From contig JBDKFG010000053.1 of the NCBI GenBank assembly GCA_039798785.1, positions 1-54,675 of the forward strand: 54,675 bases of DNA, read 5' to 3'. Below the pieces are notes generated by a model, which made no database searches, was not told the origin of the DNA, and worked only from the letters and a program-made list of their open reading frames with translations. Below, in pieces: positions 46,447-54,675 of the stretch. How positions within the stretch are numbered: position 1 is the first letter of the stretch; every line of letters begins with the position of its first letter. Source of the stretch: Verrucomicrobiota bacterium (GTDB taxonomy: Bacteria > Verrucomicrobiota > Lentisphaeria > Lentisphaerales > Lentisphaeraceae). Both the position numbers and the translations under genes were made by a program.

Positions 46447-47238
46447 TCAGGGCTTCGGCTCGTCACCGATTCTCAACTCTATCAAAGGGAGCTGCCGGTA
46501 TAGACGGGTCACCTTGTCGCGCAGATCGGGACTGAGGCTCTTCAGATCCTCCGGACCGTTGTATGGGCACTCCAGCAGCACCACTCCCTTGACGTCTTCA
46601 ATCCGGATATTCTTCGAGCCGTCGGGATGGATGTTCATCGAGATGTAGTGCTCCTTGTCGCGGGAGTGGATGCGTGAACAGATGCCCGCCACCTGGGTTT
46701 CGCGGGCGAAGCGCCTAGCCTGCGCCAGCTGCAGCTCCATCACCTGCCGGACTTCAGCCGGCAGTTTCGGGTCGGCGACACCAGCCTCCATCAGCTTCTG
46801 CATCTCCGGCGGCATGGCCGCGGGAATCGGCGTCGACTGACGGCGCCCGAGCTCGATCTCGATTTCCTTCGTCTCGCCGCCCCGGACGACCGAACACTTC
46901 ATCACTTCGCCCGGCTTATGGTTCTTCAAGATGCGGGAGATCGAGGAGCTCGAATAAAGCGGCTCGTCGCCGATTTTCAGAATGATGTCGTGGATCTTCA
47001 GGCCCGATCGCGCCACCGGAGCGTGCGAATCGATTTGAACCACCGCCAGCCCCCGGCCCTCCTCCATCTTCAGCTGGGCCAAGGCGATCGCAGGGACCGG
47101 CTGCAGGAAGACCCCCAGATAGGCCGAGCCCCGATCCTCTTCCGGATTGGCCGCCACCTGCGGCGCACCTGCCCCGGCCGCCTCCAGCCAGGCCGGCGCT
47201 CCGCTGCAAAGCAGCAAGGTCAACAGGAATTTTTTCAT
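46447..47238 (-). CDS. Exported PDZ-domain protein (no protease domain)
   Basis: Signal peptide, AYLGV, SGLKIHDIILKI, HKPGE..VVRGG. Confidence 0.82.
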   Translation of the reverse strand: MKKFLLTLLLCSGAPAWLEAAGAGAPQVAANPEEDRGSAYLGVFLQPVPAIALAQLKMEEGRGLAVVQIDSHAPVARSGLKIHDIILKIGDEPLYSSSSISRILKNHKPGEVMKCSVVRGGETKEIEIELGRRQSTPIPAAMPPEMQKLMEAGVADPKLPAEVRQVMELQLAQARRFARETQVAGICSRIHSRDKEHYISMNIHPDGSKNIRIEDVKGVVLLECPYNGPEDLKSLSPDLRDKVTRLYRQLPLIELRIGDEPKP

Positions 47239-47257
47239 CTCGATTTTTCCTTTAATT

Positions 47258-48004
47258 TCATTCAAAATGGACGGGGACGAAATTTATCACTTCGCGAGGG
47301 ATCTCGCGCTCGATCACAGCGCCGCTGTCGGGATCGACCCAGACTTCGCTTTCGACTTCCCGGTTGAGCACTGGTCGCACCCAGCTGCCGTCAACGGACT
47401 TGATCGGCGCCCCTTCATAGCTCGGCAGTTCACGCGTCGAGCCGAGCTTGACCGGCGTCGGGGGGACGCTGGCGACGCTGGTGCTGGAATAATCCTGGAA
47501 TGCCTGCGCCGGTTTCTGCTGCTGGTGCCGCATCAGGGTGTCCAAGGGGATGATCAGCAAGAGGGCGGCCGCGGCGGCCCACCACAAAGAGTTGTGCAGC
47601 CGCCAAGCGCCCGCGGGCGCCCCGGCGGCATCCCGCAGCGCAGTCTCGATGCGTCGATCCATCGCCTCGGAAGGCTCAAAAGGCTTCAAGCCCTGCAAGC
47701 GACTCTCCATATCGGCACGCTGCACCACTTCCTCGATCCCTTCGTCCAGAGCTGCGGAAGCAGCCGCCGGCTTCAGCCCGGCCAGGATCTCCTCCATCCT
47801 GAGATTCAATGCCTCTTCCACCCTCTCCTCCAGCGCAGCACTCGGTGCCCGGGGCTCGAGACTGAGAATCTCCTTCTCCACTTCGGCCTGGAAGATCTCA
47901 CTCATCCGGTCCTCGTGGCCGTAGCTCGGGCCTGCCAAGCGCATCGAGCGGAGCAGGGCTTCCAGCTCTGCCACCTCCGGATCTTTGTCGTCGGAATGTC
48001 TCAT
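47258..48004 (-). CDS. Putative transmembrane anti-sigma factor
   Basis: Overlaps the ECF sigma stop; WWAAAAALLLI TM helix; repeated LE..L..L.P..PS motif. Confidence 0.75.
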   Translation of the reverse strand: MRHSDDKDPEVAELEALLRSMRLAGPSYGHEDRMSEIFQAEVEKEILSLEPRAPSAALEERVEEALNLRMEEILAGLKPAAASAALDEGIEEVVQRADMESRLQGLKPFEPSEAMDRRIETALRDAAGAPAGAWRLHNSLWWAAAAALLLIIPLDTLMRHQQQKPAQAFQDYSSTSVASVPPTPVKLGSTRELPSYEGAPIKSVDGSWVRPVLNREVESEVWVDPDSGAVIEREIPREVINFVPVHFE

Positions 48005-48492
48005 AAACGGGCCTCCAGGGCGGCGCGAAGGGTCTTCAAGGCTCGGAAATAACGGGAGCTGACTGTCGACAGGGGTTCGTCCAGAGCCCTCGCAATCTGG
48101 TCGAATGTCAGGCCTGAGACGGTCTTCATCACCACCACCTCGCGGTAGGCGTCGTCCAGTCGCTCGATCTCCTCCCGCAGCAGAGTCCGCATCTCGGTGT
48201 CGGCCAGACGCTGCCCGGCCATCTCCTGGTCGCGGCTCTCATGCTCGATGAAGATGAAGTCCTGCTTCTGCAGCCGGGTCTGGCGGCGGCGCAATTTGTC
48301 GAGGGCGGCATTCCTGACGCTCTGGAAGATGTAGGCGCTCGGATCGCTGCGCCCCTCAAGCCCGTTCTTCGAAATCCGGACGATGGCGTCATGCACCGCG
48401 TCCTCGGCCTCGGCAGCATTGCGGGTGATCGCCAGGGCGCAGGAGAACAGCCCCTGACGGTGCTGGCGGTAAAGCTCGGCTAAGGAATTCAT
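48001..48492 (-). CDS. ECF RNA polymerase sigma factor
   Basis: AEDAVHD, VRNAALDKLR, REVVVMK..GLTFDQIA..STVSSR. Confidence 0.93.
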   Translation of the reverse strand: MNSLAELYRQHRQGLFSCALAITRNAAEAEDAVHDAIVRISKNGLEGRSDPSAYIFQSVRNAALDKLRRRQTRLQKQDFIFIEHESRDQEMAGQRLADTEMRTLLREEIERLDDAYREVVVMKTVSGLTFDQIARALDEPLSTVSSRYFRALKTLRAALEARL

Positions 48493-48628
48493 CGCTCTCT
48501 CCAGTTTGTGCGTTCACTCCTAAGGACGCCGGGTGGCCGCGATTTACGAACGCCGGCCGGCAAGAAATCAGGCACGATTCCGGCGTCTCTACTCTCCGCC
48601 CCCTGATTTCCCAAGGAGATTGCCCCTC

Positions 48629-49042
48629 ATGTGCCAAATTGCCAGCGCCGCCAGTTTCCTGGCTTTGCTTTCCGCACCCCTCCTCCTCCTCGCCGCAACA
48701 CCCCCACCGGGCGAGGCCGCCGTCGATGCCGCCGCCGCGATCAAAATCCTCGATAGCAGCGACTGCCGAGCCTGCCACCAGCCCAAGGAAAATCTCGCCG
48801 GCCCCTCCTATGTCGCCATCGCCGAGCGACTCCGCTATGACAAGGCCAAAATCGCCTCCGCAGTGCTCAAAGTGCAGAAAGGCAGCAACGGCAAAAGCAG
48901 CTACCCCGGCCTCAAAACCCAGGTCGCCATCATGCCCCCTCACCCCCAGCTCAGTGCCGCCGATATCGAAAACCTCATCCGCCACTTCATCCTCGAAAGC
49001 GGCTGGGCCCCGGAAACCGCCAAAACCCCGGCGCAGAAATGA
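48629..49042 (+). CDS. Class I c-type cytochrome (c551/c552-like)
   Basis: Signal peptide, DCRACH, GPSY..IA, MPPH; AAGGAG RBS. Confidence 0.88.
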   Translation: MCQIASAASFLALLSAPLLLLAATPPPGEAAVDAAAAIKILDSSDCRACHQPKENLAGPSYVAIAERLRYDKAKIASAVLKVQKGSNGKSSYPGLKTQVAIMPPHPQLSAADIENLIRHFILESGWAPETAKTPAQK

Positions 49043-49117
49043 ATCCTTCCAGTCCTTTCTCTTGCGCCATCCGCAGCTAAGTTGAGCTCCGCTCAAAACC
49101 CAGCCCGGATCAAAACC

Positions 49118-49663
49118 ATGCCCGACGACTCTCCGACCAATGAAACCGTCCTCAGCGAAAAACACACTTCCCACTGGATCTACGCCCGCTCCCACGCCGC
49201 CAGCGTCATCCTCGTCCTGGGACTGGTCTACCTGTTGATCAAACACGCCGACAACTTCGTCCACGCCTGGCAGAAATGGGCCCTCATCACCCTCATCTTC
49301 ACCCGCGGCCTCTTCACCCTCTATTATTTCCTCAAATGCAAATCGGAGAAAACCACCCTCACTGACCAGCGCCTGCGCCTCAAAAGCGGCATCCTCTCGA
49401 TCGAAAGCTCGGATATCGAACTCTACCGGATCAAAGACATCTTTCTCCGTCAAAACCCACTCCACCGTCTCTTCGGCCTCGGCGACCTCCGTATCATGAC
49501 CACCGACAAGTCCAACCCGGAAGTCCACCTCCTCTGCCTCACCGAAGCCGAAAAATTCCGCGAAGTCCTCCGTAACCAAGTCGAAATCGTCCGCGACAAA
49601 AAACGCGTCCGTGAAGTCGATATGAATCTCGAATCGGCGGACGCTTCTCCGGACCAAGTCTGA
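49118..49663 (+). CDS. Membrane protein with bacterial PH (bPH_2) domain
   Basis: Two TM helices, then LTDQRL..GILS..IELYRIKD..RLFGLG..DKSNP. Confidence 0.85.
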   Translation: MPDDSPTNETVLSEKHTSHWIYARSHAASVILVLGLVYLLIKHADNFVHAWQKWALITLIFTRGLFTLYYFLKCKSEKTTLTDQRLRLKSGILSIESSDIELYRIKDIFLRQNPLHRLFGLGDLRIMTTDKSNPEVHLLCLTEAEKFREVLRNQVEIVRDKKRVREVDMNLESADASPDQV

Positions 49664-49695
49664 CCCTGTGAACTTGGACTTTGTGACCGGCTCAC

Positions 49696-49728
49696 AACTT
49701 TAAACCTTGAACTTTAAACCTTAAACTT
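49696..49728. repeat. Solo heptamer array arm (4+ x YTTRAAC) just upstream of the argS ATG
   Basis: aac tttaaac cttgaac tttaaac cttaaac tt, ending 9 nt before ATG 49738. Confidence 0.9.
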
Positions 49729-49737
49729 GAGCTCATT

Positions 49738-51480
49738 ATGCAATCCCTCCCCGCCCTCCTCGCCGCCCGCCTCCAGCCCGTCCTCGCCCAGGTCTGCCCC
49801 GGCGCCCCCCTCCCCGCCCAACTGGTCTTCCCCGCCGCCAACCCGCAGTTCGGGGACTACCAGTGCAACGCCGCGATGAGCGCCGCCAAGGCCGCCGGCA
49901 AGAACCCCCGCGCCCTCGCCCAGGAAATCGTCGCCACTCTCAATGTCAGCGACCTCTGTTCCTCGGTCGACATCGCCGGCCCGGGCTTCATCAACTTCAA
50001 GCTCAACCCGGAATTCCTCCTCGGCTACGTCGGCGAGATCATCGCCTCCCCCCGCCTCGGTCTGCCGAAGGCCGACAAGCCGCAACGCATCGTCGTCGAC
50101 TTCTCCGGCCCCAACCTCGCCAAGGAAATGCACGTCGGCCACCTGCGCTCGACCATCATCGGCGACTCGATCTGCCGCTTCCTCGAATTCGAGGGCCACG
50201 AAGTCCTCCGCGTCAACCACGTCGGCGACTGGGGCACCCAATTCGGCATGCTCATCCAGTACATCCGCGAAAGCAATCCCGAAGCCCTCGAAGACGCCTC
50301 CAAATTCGCCATCTCCGACCTCGAGGACTTCTACCGCGCCGCCAAGAAACGCTTCGACGAGGAACCGGCCTTCGCCGACGCCTCCCGCCGCGCCGTCGTC
50401 GCCCTGCAGTCCGGCGACCCCGCCACCCTCGCGGTCTGGAAGGTCTTCTGCGATGAATCGCTCAAACACTGCCACGCCATCTACCGTGACCTCGACATCA
50501 AGATCGAAGACCGCGGCGAATCCTTCTACAACAACGACCTCGCCAAGGTGGTTGCCGAGCTCAAGGAAAAAGGCCTCGCCGTCCAGGCCGAAGGCGCTTG
50601 GGGCGTCTTCCTGCCCGGACGCAAGAACGAGAAGGACGAACCGCTCGCCACCATCGTCCAGAAGTCCGACGGCGGCTACATCTACGCCACCACCGACCTC
50701 GCCGCCGTCCGCCACCGCTTCGGCACCCTCAAGGCCGACCGCGTCATCATCATCACCGACAACCGCCAGGCCGACCACTTCTCGCAAGTCTTCGAGATCG
50801 CCGACACCGCCGGCTGGGCCGACAAGGCCAAATCCACCCACATCGGCTTCGGCATGATGCTCGGCGCCGACGGCAAGCCCTTCAAGACCCGCACCGGCGG
50901 CACGGTCAAACTGAAGGATCTGCTGATCGAAGCCGAAGAGCGTGCCCTCGCCCTCGCCAAGCAACTCTCCGCCGACTTCAGCGACGAAGACCACAAACTC
51001 ATCGCCAAGGTCGCCGGCATCGGCGGCGTCAAATACTCCGACCTGTCGCACGGCATCGCCACCGACTACAAGTTCGACTTCGACAAGATGCTCGCCACCG
51101 ACGGCAACACCGCGATCTACCTCCTGATGACCTACGCCCGCACCCGCGGTCTCGCCCGCAAGGCGGGGATCGAGATCGACGAGCTCATCGGCAAGGTGAG
51201 CATCCGCCCCGAAACCGAGCAGGAATGGCGTCTCCTCAAGACCATCGCCGCCACCCCCGCCGTCTGGCAGCGCGTCGTCGAGGAGCTCGCCCCCAACGCC
51301 CTCCTCGCCCACCTCTACGAACTGGCCCGCGACTTCGGCGCTTTCTGGAACGCCTGCCCCACCCTCAAGCTCGAGGATCAGGAGCTCAAGAACTCCCGCC
51401 TCGCCCTCGCCGCCGCCGTCGCCCGCGTCCTCAAATGGGGCCTCTCCATGGTCGGCATCCCGGTGCTGGAAAAAGTGTGA
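49738..51480 (+). CDS. argS: Arginine--tRNA ligase
   Basis: FGDYQCN, AGPGFIN, PNLAKEMHVGHLRSTIIGD, NHVGDWGTQFG, KSDGGYIYATTD, FKTR. Confidence 0.97.
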   Translation: MQSLPALLAARLQPVLAQVCPGAPLPAQLVFPAANPQFGDYQCNAAMSAAKAAGKNPRALAQEIVATLNVSDLCSSVDIAGPGFINFKLNPEFLLGYVGEIIASPRLGLPKADKPQRIVVDFSGPNLAKEMHVGHLRSTIIGDSICRFLEFEGHEVLRVNHVGDWGTQFGMLIQYIRESNPEALEDASKFAISDLEDFYRAAKKRFDEEPAFADASRRAVVALQSGDPATLAVWKVFCDESLKHCHAIYRDLDIKIEDRGESFYNNDLAKVVAELKEKGLAVQAEGAWGVFLPGRKNEKDEPLATIVQKSDGGYIYATTDLAAVRHRFGTLKADRVIIITDNRQADHFSQVFEIADTAGWADKAKSTHIGFGMMLGADGKPFKTRTGGTVKLKDLLIEAEERALALAKQLSADFSDEDHKLIAKVAGIGGVKYSDLSHGIATDYKFDFDKMLATDGNTAIYLLMTYARTRGLARKAGIEIDELIGKVSIRPETEQEWRLLKTIAATPAVWQRVVEELAPNALLAHLYELARDFGAFWNACPTLKLEDQELKNSRLALAAAVARVLKWGLSMVGIPVLEKV

Positions 51481-51545
51481 ACAGGGACACAGTTGGGCAA
51501 CAACGGGGACACAACTGAGTGAACACAAGCTCCCGTCCCCAAAAT

Positions 51546-51575
51546 TGGATCGGTCGGATCAGTCCGATCGATCCG
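51546..51575. repeat. GATC-rich hairpin (REP-like; possible argS terminator)
   Basis: TGGATCGGTCGGA-TCAG-TCCGATCGATCCG followed by a T-rich run. Confidence 0.65.
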
Positions 51576-51612
51576 ATTTGTTTTTCATGCCACTCTTAAC
51601 TCTTAACTGCTT

Positions 51613-52912
51613 ATGAAACTCCTCCTCTGGCTCCGCGACCACCCTTGGAAAACCCTCGGCCTCTGCTGCGTCGGCGGTCTCTTCGTCCTCATCTACCTCT
51701 TCTGCTTCTGGGACATCGATCCGGTGCCGACCCCGCCCGAACTGGAAGTGCGGACGCCGCAAGTCGCGCCGGAGAAAAACGCCTACACCGTGCTGATGAA
51801 CGAACAAAGTTCCTTGGGATTCCGAGCCGATCGACCCGATTCTTGCGGATGACGCAAAGATGGCAGCAACGACCTCGAGACTGGGAGAAATACGCAAGGA
51901 ATTTCTGGATTGCACTCAATTTACATCTCCACAAATCAAGTCCTACCACACCTTATTGCCACATCTTACCCCCTATCGCAGCCTCTTCCGTCATAGCCAA
52001 CTGGAAACTCTTTGGCATCTCAAGAATGACAGAACCGAGAAAGCCTTGGAATCTGTTTCCGAGATGAAACAAATGCTTAAAATCTTCCGAGAACCGCAAT
52101 GCTTGATTGAATCCCTAGTTCAAATTTCATGTACTCAATACACTTTGAAGTCTGAAGCCATTCTCTATCCGCGCCTTAATCCTCATCAAATAGTGCGTCT
52201 CCGTTCTATCCCTTGGCCGACACCTGTTCAGCTAAAGAATTGGTGGAAGAACAGCCTTGCCACTGAGGCCAGGATATTCGCAGTCACAGCGGAAGAAATC
52301 CGAAGTGGAAAATGCCGCGAAATAGACGGGGTCGAACTCCCATGGTATATGCGCCCGATGATGAAACCACAAATTTTTAAAGAACTCCATCAAGACTGGA
52401 TGCTCAAGCTTCTCCCGATGGTAGAAATCCCCTTCAACGAAACGGCTTGCCGGTCACTGGAGAGGGAATTCACCATCCTTAGAATGACGACAACCAGCAA
52501 ACCAACGCCAAAATTCGGTGCTCAAGCTTTAGTCTGCATGCTAGTCCCTGCGGCGCTGAATTGTCATAAAAAATTCATCGCCCTCGAAACCGCCCTCCGC
52601 CTCCACCAAAGCCGCTGCGCCTGCCTCAACTACCTCGAGGCCCACAGCCAGCCGCCACCCGATCTCGCCACCCTCGTCAAAGACGGCCTCCTCCAGGAAA
52701 TCCCCATCGACCCCTGGGACGGCAAGCCGCTGCGTTACGACGGCAAGCGCGGCATCTTGTGGAGTGTCGGCGACAATCTTACGGATGAAGGCGGCACTCC
52801 CAACGGCAAGTTCAGCGTCCTGCTCGGCGAGGAAGTGCCGGATCTGGCGGCGATGAATTACGGCGAGGATATCGTTCTGCCCTTGAAACTCAAAACCAGC
52901 AAACAGCCCTGA
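51613..52912 (+). pseudogene. Frameshifted paralogue of 52920-54233 (20-nt deletion at 51800/51801)
   Basis: Lacks GCACGCGGCATGGTTCGAGG (53108-53127 in the paralogue). Restoring it aligns ANKVPWDSEPIDPILADDAKM with ANKAPQDGRERDALIADDAKM. Confidence 0.85.
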
Positions 52913-52919
52913 GCTCCCC

Positions 52920-54233
52920 ATGAAACTCCTCCTCTGGCTCCGCGACCACCCTTGGAAGACCCTCGGCCTCTGCTGCGTCGGCGGGCTCTTCGTCCTCATC
53001 TACCTCTTCTGCTTCTGGGACATCGATCCAGTACCGACCCCGCCCGAATTGGAAGTGCGGACGCCGCAAGTCGCGCCGGAGAAAAACGCCTACACCGTGC
53101 TGATGAAGCACGCGGCATGGTTCGAGGCGAACAAGGCACCCCAAGACGGGAGGGAAAGAGATGCCTTGATTGCGGATGACGCAAAAATGATATCCCTCAG
53201 TAGCAACCTGCAATCCATACGAGGCGACTTACTCAAAGCTGAATTCTTTGTCTCGCCAAAAATGGAATCCTTCAATGAATCGCTAACTCACCTAGGCACA
53301 GTCCGCCAAGTTTTTAACCAATCTCAGAATGAAGCCTTCTGGCATCTCAAATCAGGAAAAACCTCGGAAGCGGTCCAGGTCGTAAGGCAGATGCAAGATT
53401 TACTGCGACAACACAAAGAGCCGCAATCCGTGATCGAATCGCTGGTTTTAATGGCCATCAGTGGCATCACGCTTCATACAGCCTTGGCAACGAGCAGTTA
53501 TGCGAATCCGAAGGAAAGGCTTAGCCTTGCATCCAACTGGGTGGAGTTGAGCCAACGGCAAGAATGGTGGCGGTGCAGCCTCGCAGGTGAAAGTCGCTTA
53601 GCCTATAGTACTTCGATTGAAATCCGCCAAGGCAATCCCATTCCTGATTTCGATCACATCTTCATTCGCATACTCACCAAGCCGGAACTGCTCAAGTCCA
53701 TGCATCAAGACATGATGCTGAAACTCATTCCCTGTGTCAACATCCCCTTGGACAGTGTCCACAATCGGAATCTCGACAAAGAGATCGCAGAGCTCAAGCA
53801 TAGCGCCATCCATTCCCCCTCTGTGCGCTCCGCCAACAAAATCCTCCTCTGCATGCTTGTCCCCGCCCTCTCCACTGTTGGCAAAAAATTCATCGCCCTC
53901 GAAACCGCCCTCCGCCTCCACCAAAGCCGCTGCGCCTGCCTCAATTATCAGGATACCCACGCGGGCCAGCCGCCGCCCGACTTGACCACCCTGGTCCAAG
54001 CCGGCCTCCTGAAGGAAATCCCCATCGACCCCTGGGACGGCAAGCCCCTGCGTTACGATGCCTCGCGCGGCATTCTCTGGAGTGTCGGCGACAACCTGAC
54101 GGATGAAGGCGGCACGCCCAACGGCAAGTTCAGCGTCCTGCTTGGCGAGGAAGTGCCCGATCTGGCGGCGATGAACGCCGGTGGTGGCGACGTCGTCCTG
54201 CCACTGAAGCTCAAAGCCGCAGCTGTTCCCTAA
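52920..54233 (+). CDS. Membrane-anchored protein with GspG-like C-terminal motif
   Basis: N-terminal TM helix; IPIDPWDGKPLRY..LWSVGDNLTDEGG tail. Confidence 0.8.
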   Translation: MKLLLWLRDHPWKTLGLCCVGGLFVLIYLFCFWDIDPVPTPPELEVRTPQVAPEKNAYTVLMKHAAWFEANKAPQDGRERDALIADDAKMISLSSNLQSIRGDLLKAEFFVSPKMESFNESLTHLGTVRQVFNQSQNEAFWHLKSGKTSEAVQVVRQMQDLLRQHKEPQSVIESLVLMAISGITLHTALATSSYANPKERLSLASNWVELSQRQEWWRCSLAGESRLAYSTSIEIRQGNPIPDFDHIFIRILTKPELLKSMHQDMMLKLIPCVNIPLDSVHNRNLDKEIAELKHSAIHSPSVRSANKILLCMLVPALSTVGKKFIALETALRLHQSRCACLNYQDTHAGQPPPDLTTLVQAGLLKEIPIDPWDGKPLRYDASRGILWSVGDNLTDEGGTPNGKFSVLLGEEVPDLAAMNAGGGDVVLPLKLKAAAVP

Positions 54234-54304
54234 ACTTATCCCCCCTGCCTTCTGAACACACATTGACCGGCTGGCAGCCGGCGCTCCCAGGAAAACAAAA
54301 TCCC

Positions 54305-54675
54305 ATGAAACTCCTCCTCCTAACCATATTAACCCTCACCCTAACATCGCCGAAGGCCCAAACCCACATTACCCCAACCCAAGAATTCTTCACCTACTTC
54401 TACAAAACCCAGAACAAACCAGAAACCAAATTCATCTACGAAAAGGGCATCAACACTAACATAATTCAACAATTTGCCCCAAGACTAGACACATTGATCA
54501 GTTTGCTTTTCAAAGACAAAATGCTACAAAAAGTAGATACCCTCATCCTAACTTCGAAAGAAAAGCAACACTTAATCAAAGTATTGAAAAATCAATCTGA
54601 CACAAGTCTATGGAATCATATACAGTTCCCCAATTCAATTGAAGTAGATCATGATTCTGTTACAGCCATATTAAA
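54305..54675 (+). CDS. Partial secreted hypothetical protein, very low GC; runs off the window
   Basis: MKLLLLTILTLTLTSPKAQ... stays open to the window end; AGGA RBS-like sequence upstream. Confidence 0.6.
   Translation, partial: MKLLLLTILTLTLTSPKAQTHITPTQEFFTYFYKTQNKPETKFIYEKGINTNIIQQFAPRLDTLISLLFKDKMLQKVDTLILTSKEKQHLIKVLKNQSDTSLWNHIQFPNSIEVDHDSVTAIL

Overview
GC-rich bacterial chromosomal segment, probably PVC superphylum and Lentisphaerae-like. This is an inference from the planctomycete-type cytochrome c domain, prepilin leaders lacking the -1 Gly and GspG-tail proteins. Housekeeping genes: purL/purQ, leuD, map, ffh, queD, argS. Other content: a 12-kb type IV pilus/T2SS-like operon (26430->14193) under a clear sigma-54 promoter, two tandem Porin_5-like genes behind 11-bp-periodic Pho-box-like repeats, a VapBC module between purL and purQ, an ECF sigma/anti-sigma/PDZ operon, a cNMP-sensor + FHA-cyclase pair, a bacterial Cdc123-like ATP-grasp gene after ffh, and tandem constant-variable-constant paralogues near the right end. 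Most striking is a family of AT-rich heptamer arrays ((A/G)GTTTAA and its complement) placed exactly between a stop codon and the next start codon. One inverted pair brackets a four-helix-bundle (23S-IVS/Avd-like) gene inside the pilus operon, one inverted pair is empty (ffh-cdc123), and solo arms precede argS and the 51613 gene. This suggests a hairpin-bounded intervening cassette system in mRNA operons. No rRNA, tRNA, CRISPR array, transposase, integrase or reverse transcriptase was recognised. All family calls are from motif recognition by eye, not database searches.
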